A stretch of DNA of 64,000 nucleotides. It comes from Eledone cirrhosa (lineage: Eukaryota). This document shows, piece after piece, positions 53,142-64,000 of this stretch. The first letter of the stretch is position 1; each line of letters opens with the position of its first letter. The stretch covers positions 44,268,001 to 44,332,000 of the forward strand of contig OZ024744.1 of the NCBI GenBank assembly GCA_964016885.1. Reading direction: 5' to 3'. The translations under genes were made by a program, and so were the position numbers. The notes under the pieces are model-generated. The model was not told where the DNA came from, did not search any database, and saw nothing but the letters and a program-made list of their open reading frames with translations.

Positions 53142-53853
53142 ATTTATTAATGCATGGACAGTTATATGACCTCCTTATATGGCTAGATATAGAAACCCCA
53201 GAGTTACCTCCCCGCATGCATTAACTCCCCTTAGCCACACACACACTTCCGGTATTCAATGGCGTTTCTCGAAACGTAACAACCTCCTGTATCGAACTAA
53301 AGAACACCAGACTACGATCTCTAACTGGATTGTCGTGGATTATGTGAAAGGTCTATAATCGAAATATACACTCCCCTGACCATGAAAATGCCGAAGTACA
53401 TGAAATACTTGACATCCCTGCGCTGTGCATCTCCAATACTTATAACACTTTTAACACTTTTAATGCTTGCACTATCTTTAATGCTTATAATATTTCTCCA
53501 AACACAAACTATATCAATCATATAAAGATTTTGCCACCAGATCTACCAACCTAACACTCTTATTTACCTACCTAAGTGCCTCTACCACACATATCTCTCT
53601 GCCACACTATATAAACAAGACGCACATGCGTGCCACACATATAACATTTGCACTATATAACCACTTATCTTCATGTTGTACTTTAACCTATATCTTTGAT
53701 TTTTGATTGTACCTATTAATATAAATGTAATCTCGAAGTGTGTACTGCCACTCTAAATTCTGTAATGAATGTTGACCCACAATGTTTGAATATGTATTTG
53801 GTATGTCTCTCGGCTGAAAAGGAGGTCATATAACTGTCCATGCATTAATAAAT

Positions 53854-53900
53854 TGCTCCGAAGAATCCAAACCTCGGTTTGGAGGAAACAGCTGTAAGCA
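53854..53900 (+). ncRNA. Hammerhead ribozyme copy in inverted pseudo-LTR
   Basis: Same sequence, plus strand. Confidence 0.75.
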
Positions 53901-53931
53901 CAATAATGTTTTGAGCAGTTCTTTGATTCTT

Positions 53932-53992
<61 letters not shown>

Positions 53993-53994
<2 letters not shown>

Positions 53995-55100
53995 TCCAGT
54001 GCCACGGAACACCCGCCCATCGCCTCACGGTCGAACAACGTACTATCTTCATCTTACAGACCCACACTCCCCCCGGCCTGAACTCTCCACCCTTATTCCT
54101 TTAGCGTTCGACCCCACCGCTCCCCTCCTTCAAACGCGCACGCAATCTCCGCACCCTCCTCGTCCACAGCTCCCTACCCCCCAACCCACGCCCCCCGGTT
54201 CCTTCCCCTGTTCTAGGCCCCGCTGCAACACCTGTCCCCACATCACCAACACCACCACCTTCCAGGGTCCCAACGGCCACCCTCTCTCGGTCCGGCATGC
54301 CTTCCGCTGCACCTCCTCCAACCTAGTCTACGGACTTCGTTGCACGGAGTGCAGCGCGACTTATGTCGGACAGACGGGACGTCGCCTGGCGGACCGAGTC
54401 ACGGAGCACCTCCGGGATATTCGTCTCGGGGGCAGTTCCCCCATCGCCCGCCACTTTGGTGGCCCTGGACACTCCGCACGCCATCTCACAGTCTGTGGCC
54501 TACTCCAGTGCCACGGAACACCCGCCCATCGCCTTACGGTCGAACAACGCACTATCTTCATCTTACAGACCCACACTCCCCCCGGCCTGAACTCCCCACC
54601 CTTATTCCTTTAGCGTTCGACCGCCCCCCTCCCCCCACACTTATCCTCCACTAACACCACTAAAACACCCCTCCTTTTCACCGCCCACCCCACACTAACA
54701 ATACTAACACCTCCACTCCACCCCTCATCTGACCACCCTTCCCCAACTAACATACTAACATCCCTTCCCTCCCCTCTTCTCCTACTCCCCCCTCCTTATC
54801 ACACGCACACACGCACCCACTTACACCACCCACCCCACACGCAACTAACATCACTAACACCCTCCAACCCCACGCACACGTACCCACACACCCTCGTACA
54901 CCACCAACTCTACACACCCTACCCCCACTAACCCCCACTCACACCTGCATTCCACCCCTCCCCACCTCCCGTCTACTAACACCCACTAACACCTCCTCAC
55001 CAAACTACACACACACCAGTACACCACACTCCCTCCATAGAACCACACACACCCTTCTCTCCCCACTCCACACTCACTCATCCCACTAACACCCCTACTA

Positions 55101-55147
<47 letters not shown>

Positions 55148-56094
55148 CCTCACTCCAACTCTCACACCTACCCATCCTCGCCTCCCTACCATTCCGCTGA
55201 CTGCTGCTATGCCCTTCCGACCACTGTCTCAGCACCAACTGACCACAGCACTTCCACTGCTGACCACTTCCTGTTGCGCGCGCACCCCACATCTCTCCTC
55301 TTCCGACCACCGCTTCTTGGATTACCGACACGCGTTTTGACTTCCAACCAAAATCTCCATACATCCGTGTAACTTACCACTTTCAACCATCCTCTAACAC
55401 CATCACCTATATAACTCACCCACACACACATCCCAAAAAAATTTTTTTTATCCACACGCCACCCACACCCACAACACGCTTAAACCACACACACGTGCTT
55501 CCCACCACATATTTACACCCTCAGCCCCTGATTCCTCTCCCCCACCCCCTATCCACACACGCACAGACCTTCCGACACACAAAAACACCCCCCACACACA
55601 CCTTCCTGAACATGCAACCCCGTTCTTCCCCCAACCCTCACTTTCACATACACACACACGCACACACACGCACACCTAACCACACACACCACCTTCAGCC
55701 CTCCCCGCTCGGACACCCCGTCTCCCTCTCCCCACTCCACCCGCCTCCACCTCTACTCACCCCACACCCTTCCACCACCTGTTTACCCCCCTTTTAATTT
55801 CAGTTTATTTTGATCATGCCTTTATTTTTAAATGTTCTCATTCCTTGTATTTTGATCATGCTTTATTTTTATTTATTATTTATTATATTTTTGTCTTTAT
55901 TTGTTAATTTTTCATTCGCACCGTTTCCTTTCGCTATATGTCTCTCCACCACTCCCCTACACACCTTTTGAACTCTTACCTGAAGAAGGGCTTATGCCCG
56001 AAACGTCGTCCTCCACCTACCCCCCACTCTCCTGAGCGTGAATCTAATAAACATTTGTCGTACTGCCTCTCTGTTCTGTCCCTGTTCAATTTTT

Positions 56095-56100
<6 letters not shown>
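53993..56100 (+). mobile_element. 5'-truncated C-rich PLE (Neptune-like endonuclease)
   Basis: PGSFPCSRPRCNTCP..CTSSNLVYGLRCTEC..YVGQTGRRLADRVTEH; C-rich 3' UTR; HHR at the 3' end; (TA)n flanks. Confidence 0.88.
55978..56010 (+). ncRNA. Minimal hammerhead motif
   Basis: CUGAAGA-A-GGGC-UUAU-GCCC-GAAACGUC; stem I weak. Confidence 0.7.
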
Positions 56101-56137
<37 letters not shown>

Positions 56138-56138
<1 letters not shown>

Positions 56139-56320
56139 CGAAGGAAATGTGGTAAGGAACCAGGTGGACTATAACGCACCAAAGTACTCAATACTTAGGG
56201 TAGTAGAGTGGGTAATAGGAACGAGTAGGACCCCGACAGCTCAAGCCGTTTCGACGGCTAATTCTGGACTGAATTAGCCGTCGAAACGGCTTGAGTTCAG
56301 CCGTCGGGGTCCTACTCGTT

Positions 56321-56323
<3 letters not shown>
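56138..56323. mobile_element. Palindromic half-hammerhead mini-element, copy 3
   Basis: Homologous to copy 1, with changes mirrored in both arms. Confidence 0.8.
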
Positions 56324-56359
<36 letters not shown>

Positions 56360-56663
56360 ATACATACACATACACATAAATACACAAACACAAACAGACA
56401 CATATATATACACACACACAATTATATATATATACACACATACATACACACACATACATACACACATATATACACGCATACATACGCACACACACAATTA
56501 ATTATAATAAAAAATAAAAAACCATGAACAACCATATAATGCAATAGGCCGTCACATACAAATAAAAAATATAAAATAAGACTGAAGAAAATAAAAATTA
56601 TTATTAAGTTGACAGCGATTCAGGAAAGGACACAAATAAATAAACAAACATACGTGGTAAGCA

Positions 56664-56694
<31 letters not shown>

Positions 56695-56747
56695 TGCATA
56701 TAAATATATACATACACACACACATATAAACACACATATACATATAT

Positions 56748-58225
56748 GTCTAGGGCGGGTAAAATTCCCGAGATCCATGGACGAGTTCTCTCCAGCGGTC
56801 TCTGTCCCTCATTATCGCTGCCATGTCCTGCATCTCCAACAGACCAGTGTCTGTCCTTAGGGCATACGTTAACCTTGTTCTTCCTGTTCCAGTGTGTCCA
56901 TGTAGTGGCTCCCACAGGAGCACTGAGTGCAATGTCAACTCTGGATGTCGGTGAGCATGTTCAGCTAACCTCATTCTCCTCTGTGTTACTTTTGAGCTGA
57001 CTTTTGGGAGGCTCCCATACAGCTCTGAGTTTTTCATCCTCAGTGTATACTGATTAATGTTCAGAGCCATCCTCAGAATTCTCGTGTAACACCCATCCAC
57101 CATCCGAGTGAGTTTCTTGGTCAGTGTCCAAGTCTCAGATCCGTACAGCAGCACAGACTCCACTACAGCAATGAAGAGGCGGATTTTCAGGTCTTTACGA
57201 AGGTGCGACTTTCACACCGATCTCAAGCTGTGGCACGCCACCCAGACTTTGCTCTTCCTCTGAACCACATCATCTTCCGTATTCCCAATCTTTGCTCCCA
57301 AATACAGGACGCCCTCAACCAATTCTAGCGGCTTCCCGCCTACATAAGTGATCCCCTCTGGCTTCTCAACATTCTCTACCAGATATTTTGTTTTAGTCTC
57401 ATTCATTCTCAGCCCCACACTCATCGACACAGTCTCAACCTACTACATCAAATCCTCTTCCTCCTTCACTGTATTTGTCACCAAAACTATGTTGTCGGCA
57501 AATTCAGCATCTGATACCTTTTTCGCCTTAACTCTCCTGCTCTGAGCCGGTGCTACAGTAAAGCCAGAGTCCTGGTGTTTCTCCAGTGAAAGGCGCATAC
57601 AATAGTCCACTACGATGATAAAAAGGTAGGCAACCAACATATCTCCCTGGAGCACTCCAGCCAGTATCTCAAAGAACTCTGTCATCCCATCAGATGTAAT
57701 GACTTGGGCTTTGGTGTTGGTGTAGAGCAGTGATATCAGGTCCACTATCTTCTTGGGGATTCCATAAGCCTGTAAGATCTTCATCAAGCAGTGACGGTCC
57801 ACAGAATCAAAAGCCTTCCTAAAGTCAATGAAAACCATGACCGCAGGAAGGCACTTTGCTCTAGCTCCCTCTAATATCCTCCTAAGCATCAGGATGTGAC
57901 TGGTGGTTGATCTTCCCTCTCTGAAGCCGTTCTGGTTATCCCTGAGCTTCTTCTCCATCTCAGGCTGGATCCTGGTCAGAATCATCCTGTTGAGGGTCTT
58001 TGCCACAAGTGACGTCAGTGAGATCCCCCTGTAGTTGTTGGTGTTAGAGAGATCTCCCTTCTTTGGCACTGGGACGATGTTACTGATCCTCCACTGATTC
58101 GGGGCAACTACTTTCTCCAGTTCCCGGTTACAGAACCCCAGGATGATATCATCATCACACCTCTTCATCACCTCTGATGCCACTCCATCTTCTCCATGAG
58201 CCTTTCCCTCCTTGATCTTCTTCTT
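56748..58225 (-). pseudogene. RTE-like LINE, 5'-truncated RT fragment
   Basis: PVPKKGDL..NYRGISL, QNGFREGRST, FIDFRKAFDSV, GVLQGD, FADNI, LLYGSETW. Confidence 0.9.
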
Positions 58226-58227
58226 GT

Positions 58228-59168
58228 ATATATGGCGATGTACACAAATACATACATGCATATATGGCGACGTACACAAATATACATATACACAAATATA
58301 CATACATGCATATATGGTGACATACACAAATATACATATACACAAATACATACATGTATATATGGCGACGTACACAAATATACATATACACTCATACATA
58401 CATGCATATATGGCGATGTACACAAATATACATATACACACATACATACATGAACATTTGAAAGATGAGCAAGGGTAAGGGGTGTGTGATATAGTGAGAC
58501 AATGTCAAAGGTATGGATACATATATAATAATACATATATAATAATACATATATAATAATACATATATAATAATACATATATAATAATACATATATAATA
58601 ATACATATATAATAATACATATATAATAATACATATATAATAATACATATATAATAATACATATATAATAATACATATATAATAATACATATATAATAAT
58701 AAAAGTAAAGAATAAAAATATATATGAAAAATGAAAAAAGTTAGAATACAGTAAAAGTAGTAAGAGGGTGTTATAAAGTAAAACAATAAAGCTAAAAATG
58801 AATATATAAATGTATATTTATATCTGTACGTATACGTGTGTATATTTTTACTCATAACTCCGATAAACGCGGTACATTGAGAAAGAGAAGGAAAGGGAAG
58901 TACAGAGTAGAAGAGAGAGAGTGAGAGAGTGAGAGAGAGAGAAGGCTGTGTGAGAGAAGGGACTGGCAAAAAGAGAGAGAAAGAAGAAGCTGTGTGTGAG
59001 GGGAAAGAAAGAGAGAGTGAGACAGTAAGTAACCACATGTTGTGAGAAAAGAAGCAGACGACAAGATAAAATATTAAACACGATATTAGAAAAATATTTT
59101 TGTAAATATGACAATATTTTATCTATGCATACATGCATAGATAAATACATACATATGTTTACAGGTAT
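58228..59168 (+). repeat. 48-bp array, 16-bp array and Helitron arm module (unit 2 equivalent of 21761-24680)
   Basis: Shared unique spacer gaacatttgaaagatgagcaagggtaagggg and same order of parts. Confidence 0.85.
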
Positions 59169-59349
59169 ATATATATATAACAACAGAACCCTTGCTCATC
59201 AACAACCACAACACATACCACCCCCACCATCACATTCACCCTCATGAAACAACAAGCTACAGACCCACACGCAACAGACCAACAAAATATAATCACACAC
59301 AAAACTACATTCCTTTTTTAGGGAAAAGCCTGAAATACCAGGATACTCG

Positions 59350-61620
59350 ATGGCCCCCCCTCAGGAGAAACCAAAAATAATCAACCTCTCAAAGACACCT
59401 CTAACCAACACACAAATCAACATTTTAAGTAAGGGCCTGAAATTTACACCTACACCACGTAAACCAAACTTCCCCGAAATGAAGGATGACATCATGGAAT
59501 ACTGCCGAAAGCTGCGACTAACGGAATTCTTCCACAACGACACCAACACTGAAGACGAATCACTGGTTAGAAATAAAAGCAATTTCTGCCCACAAAAGGG
59601 AAGAAATAAAGCACTGGACACGTACTGCGAACACATCACCAACTTTCCCTATGAAAAAATTACAAATAAACACACGAAATCAAACCTATCTACACACGAA
59701 TGGGAAGAATTATTCACACTTAGAAACAACCCTGAGATAACCATCAAAGAAGCCGATAAAGGCAGTACTGTTGTCATTATGAATACGGACTACTATAGGA
59801 CCCTCGCACTTAACATTTTAGAAAACAACACATACTATGAAAAAACAGAAAACTACAAACACACCAAAACAATGGGGAACCTTTTGACCTTACTGAATAA
59901 ATACCACAACAGCTTAACCACAAAAGAGTTTAACTATATAAGCCACTTCAAATGCAATACAAGCTCTTTTTACGGCTTACCGAAACTCCACAAATGTAAA
60001 CCTATAAACGATGCATGTGACACCTCAACCAACAATTACATTGAACTAACACCACCAGAATACCTAAAACTCAGGCCAATTATAGCAGGCCCTACATGTG
60101 AAAGACTTAGCAACTTTCTGGACATCCTACTGAAACCCTTTCTACAACATATACAGAGCTACATACGAGATGACCTTGACATGCTGAAACACCTCCCTAA
60201 AATAGTAAGTGCAAATACAATTCTTGTCTCCTTTGACGTAATAAACCTCTACACAAACATACCTCACAACTATGGAATAACAGCAGTCCAATACTGGCTT
60301 AACACACACCCATCAGAAATACCGACACGCATCAACACAGATTTTATCACTGACGGACTCCGCTTTATCCTACAAAATAACTACTTCACATTCAATGGTT
60401 CAACATACAGACAAGTATCAGGTACGGCAATGGGCACGAAAGTAGCACCCACATATGCCAACCTAGTCATGGGATTCCATGAACAACAAATATACAGTCA
60501 GTCCCTTCTCTTATTTGGAGACTCTTTCCACACACACCTCAAAGCCAATTGGAAAAGATATCTAGACGACTGCTTTATCCTATGGCAAGAAGACATGAAC
60601 TCACTTACTACGTTTAAAAACATGATAAACAACATAGATAATAACATACAATTCACAATGGAATCCAATCCTAAGGAATTAGCCTTCTTGGATATTCTCA
60701 TCTCTGTAATAGACGGGAAATTAGATACAGATATATTCTATAAACCCACAGATTCCAAGCAATACCTCTTTTTCATATCAAGTCACCCAACACATACAAA
60801 ACTTAACATTCCTTACGATTTGGCCAAACGTATATGTACCATAGTATCAGATCCACCTAAACGGGAGCAAAGACTAAAGGAACTAAAAGACACCCTTATC
60901 TTAAGAGCCTTTCCACTTGAAATAATCAACAATGGAATAGACAGGGCAAAACACCTAAATCCCCATCAACTTAACAATCCAAAACAGAAAACCACACTCA
61001 ACACCCTGCCATATGTATCCACTTTCAACCCCAGAAATACCGAAATGTTTGATCACCTACACAAAAACCTCCCCATCCTACTTAAAGATGTAAAAATGAA
61101 GTCTATTCTTGAAACACACAAGATCCTTAAAAGTAAAAGACAACCCAAATCACTTAAACGCATTCTCACTGGACCAAATATACCCAAACCAATCCTCAAC
61201 CCTACAGTTACCAAATGTGGTAGAACAAACTGTGGAACGTGCCTCTACCTCACTGAAGGACAAACATTTACATTCAAAGATGGCCAAACATTTACAGTAA
61301 AAAACAATTTCACCTGCAACTCGGAGAACTTGATTTACGCAATAACTTGCGGTGGGTGCAAACACAACTACATAGGACAGACGGGCACCTCATTACGCAA
61401 AAGAATGACCATCCACTGCCAACAAATCCGGGACGCTAACACAAGAAAAATCCCCTTGAGCAGCCATATTGCGAACTGCGCAGGAATGACACTACCCAAC
61501 TTTAAAATCTTCCCCTTCTACAAGTGCTCAGATTCGTTCACACAGCAACAAAGAATAAACAAAGAAAATCTATTCCTTAACAAATTTAAACCAAAACTAA
61601 ACGGGTTATCACCCCAATAG
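59350..61620 (+). CDS. PLE (Neptune-like) RT plus GIY-YIG endonuclease, uninterrupted 756 aa
   Basis: LSKGLKF, ADKGSTVV, FYGLPKLHK, SFDVINLYTNI, GTAMGTKVAPTYANL, WKRYLDD, CGRTNCGTC, IYAITC..YIGQT. Confidence 0.92.
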   Translation: MAPPQEKPKIINLSKTPLTNTQINILSKGLKFTPTPRKPNFPEMKDDIMEYCRKLRLTEFFHNDTNTEDESLVRNKSNFCPQKGRNKALDTYCEHITNFPYEKITNKHTKSNLSTHEWEELFTLRNNPEITIKEADKGSTVVIMNTDYYRTLALNILENNTYYEKTENYKHTKTMGNLLTLLNKYHNSLTTKEFNYISHFKCNTSSFYGLPKLHKCKPINDACDTSTNNYIELTPPEYLKLRPIIAGPTCERLSNFLDILLKPFLQHIQSYIRDDLDMLKHLPKIVSANTILVSFDVINLYTNIPHNYGITAVQYWLNTHPSEIPTRINTDFITDGLRFILQNNYFTFNGSTYRQVSGTAMGTKVAPTYANLVMGFHEQQIYSQSLLLFGDSFHTHLKANWKRYLDDCFILWQEDMNSLTTFKNMINNIDNNIQFTMESNPKELAFLDILISVIDGKLDTDIFYKPTDSKQYLFFISSHPTHTKLNIPYDLAKRICTIVSDPPKREQRLKELKDTLILRAFPLEIINNGIDRAKHLNPHQLNNPKQKTTLNTLPYVSTFNPRNTEMFDHLHKNLPILLKDVKMKSILETHKILKSKRQPKSLKRILTGPNIPKPILNPTVTKCGRTNCGTCLYLTEGQTFTFKDGQTFTVKNNFTCNSENLIYAITCGGCKHNYIGQTGTSLRKRMTIHCQQIRDANTRKIPLSSHIANCAGMTLPNFKIFPFYKCSDSFTQQQRINKENLFLNKFKPKLNGLSPQ

Positions 61621-62079
61621 AATTGTCATAAAATATAAACACACACACGCACGGAATCACTATTATTAAAGACCAGAGACCAATTCTGTAGAATCAGGTT
61701 TATTCGTTGACAGACCATGCCTTTGTGTGACCAACACATCCATGTTAAACCCTGCACGTGCACACACATATATCTATGTATATATGCGCACACAGAATTC
61801 ACCACTGTCGGTTGCGCGGCCCAATCTACATGAAGAACTCAATGTGATCAGAATGACTTGTATTTTAATTTCACTGTCCCAACTTCTTATATTATGGAAA
61901 AAATATATGTGTCTGTATGTATATATATATATATATATATTTGGAGGCCATTTCTCTGTGTGTGGGTGTATGTATATGTATATGTGTGTGTGTGTATGTG
62001 TGTGCATGTGGATGTATGTATTGTGTGTGCGTGTGTGTGTGTGTGTATGTATGTGTGTATGTGTATGTATATATATGTT

Positions 62080-62136
<57 letters not shown>

Positions 62137-62199
62137 ATGTGTATATATGTGTGTGTGTGTATGTGTGTGTATATGTATGTGTGTGTGTATGTATGTGTG

Positions 62200-62264
<65 letters not shown>

Positions 62265-62627
62265 GTATATGTATATGTATGTATGTGTGGATGAAGGTAT
62301 GTGTGTATATATAGGTGTAAGTGCACTAAATCCCTTTCTATCACGCTCCACTCTCCTACCCACCACAGGAAGATATGTGTATGTATATTGCTTCCACCCC
62401 CTCAATGACCAGCAGCTGGCCAGTTGGCGATTGCTAAATCTGACCTTTATAAAATAACCCACACCCCAAATAACTTCTCATTCACTACCAGAAAGGGACA
62501 CAGCAGTCAACCTGTTGTTGCTACCTAGATGAAAACTGCTATGAAATCCCACAATAAATTTTATACTTGAATTTTCAAATCTCAAATTTTAACTCTTCGT
62601 ATTATTAATTTTTCTTAATATTAATCA

Positions 62628-62673
62628 ACATTTGAAAAGATGGCTTTTGTAGACCCATCGAAACCGGTCATTT
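62628..62673 (+). ncRNA. Hammerhead-like motif, variant core UUGAAAA, at the 3' end of the Neptune-like PLE
   Basis: UUGAAAA-GAUGG..CCAUC-GAAACCGGUC; stem I weak. Confidence 0.55.
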
Positions 62674-62811
62674 TTTATACCCTTTATTATTTCCTTACCT
62701 TATAAAATTACGTTTTTTCACAAAAAAGTATTCTGTCTCTTATATATTCCATGTGCCATTACCAACCTCAATTTTCTCTATAACCTTCGTTTTGTGTAGA
62801 AAATTACACTG

Positions 62812-62864
<53 letters not shown>

Positions 62865-62926
62865 CAACGGTCAATTTTTAAAGGGGTACATCAATGTCTA
62901 TTTATAAAACTGTTATATATTGTATT

Positions 62927-62981
62927 TTGTCTGATGAAGGCATACCATAACGTAACTTGGTATCCTTGAAATATATTATAA
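62927..62981 (+). ncRNA. Hammerhead-like motif in a short (TA)n-flanked element (about 62865-63028)
   Basis: UUGU-CUGAUGA-AGGCAUACCA/UGGUAUCCU-U-GAAAU-AU-AUU-AUAA. Confidence 0.6.
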
Positions 62982-63027
62982 TGAAATAAATATGGTTTTA
63001 TAAATATAGTTTCCATTTATTAATATC

Positions 63028-63070
<43 letters not shown>

Positions 63071-63071
<1 letters not shown>

Positions 63072-63256
63072 CGAAGGAATTGTGGTAAGGAACCAGATGG
63101 ACCATAACGCACCAAAGTACTCAATACTTAGAGTAGTAGAGTGGGTAATAGGAACAAGTATGACCCCAACGGCAGAGCTCAAGCCGTTTCGACGGCTATT
63201 TCTGAAATAACCGTCGAAACGGCTTGAGCTCTGCCGCCGGGGTCATACTTGTTCTT
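63071..63256. mobile_element. Palindromic half-hammerhead mini-element, copy 4
   Basis: Homologous to copy 1. Confidence 0.8.
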
Positions 63257-63278
63257 ATATATATATATATATCTGTAT

Positions 63279-63632
63279 GAAGTAATTCCGTCGGAAACGT
63301 CCAGGAAAAAAGAGTGCTCTATGTAGGTTACAGGGCTTATTAGTTATGTAATAAACGACATAAGATAATTATTTCATTTACCAGTGGTTTCTTGAACGCA
63401 AACAAAATTTGCTTTCAGTCATCAGAATGAAAAAATCCTGGTGTATTTATTGACAGTGGATTTTAAAAACAAAAATATAATATATATGAAAGTGAGGCTG
63501 GAAAAGGAAGAAGGAAAGGAAAAAAATATATAAAAGTAGATAAACACACACTCACACATACACACACATACACACACACATACATACAGACATATATATA
63601 TATATATATATACATACACATACATATATACA

Positions 63633-63691
<59 letters not shown>

Positions 63692-64000
63692 ATACATACA
63701 CATACACATAAATACACAAACACACACATATATACACACACACATATATATATATATATATACACATACATACACACGCATACATACACACATATATACA
63801 CGCATACATACGCACACACATATATAGATGTATATACACACCTACATACGCACACACAATTAATTATAATAAAAAATAAAAAACCATGAACAACCATATA
63901 ATGCAATAGGCCGTCACATACAAATAAAAAATATCAAATAAGACTGAAGAAAATAAGAATTATTATTAAGTTGACAGCGATACAGGAAAGGACACAAATA
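63279..64000. repeat. Unclassified dispersed repeat; parts shared with 48029-48330 and 56357-56640
   Basis: aagtaattc...ccaggaaaaaagagtgctct and aaaccatgaacaaccatataatgcaataggccgtcac blocks. Confidence 0.7.

Larger units (their letters stand above)
48685..53942 (-). mobile_element. Full-length PLE (Hydra-like by motif) with direct and inverted pseudo-LTRs
   Basis: 48685-48972 is directly repeated at 52888-53176; 53180-53942 is an inverted copy of 48849-49630; (TA)n flanks. Confidence 0.92.

Noticed and set aside
61727-63906. Many Y/I/C/V-rich ORFs here and across the window
   Set aside because: Translations of (TA)n, (TG)n and (GA)n microsatellites

Overview
AT-rich eukaryotic DNA made almost entirely of transposable elements and simple repeats. 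I found no host gene. The tRNA-derived SINE resembles those of octopod cephalopods (inference from recall). 1-20.7 kb: two decayed Gypsy LTR elements (one complete, with LTRs, PPT and TSD), CRE-like and Hero-like RLE non-LTR fragments, SINEs, a MITE and an old inverted duplication. 20.7-64 kb: best read as a head-to-tail Helitron array (CTAG|TC junction at 47146/47147). Its (TA)n-rich non-coding arm carries at least 7 Penelope-like element (PLE) insertions with three distinct RT types, plus an RTE LINE and a second Helitron. About ten minimal hammerhead ribozyme (HHR) motifs, several with variant cores, sit in the PLE terminal repeats. Small non-coding (TA)n-inserted elements are also present: a fold-back element built from half a hammerhead (4 copies), a 420-bp circularly permuted element with a candidate pseudoknot, and a retrozyme-like element with no recognisable hammerhead. 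All coordinates were read by eye and may be off by a few bases. Clade names come from motif recall, not database searches.
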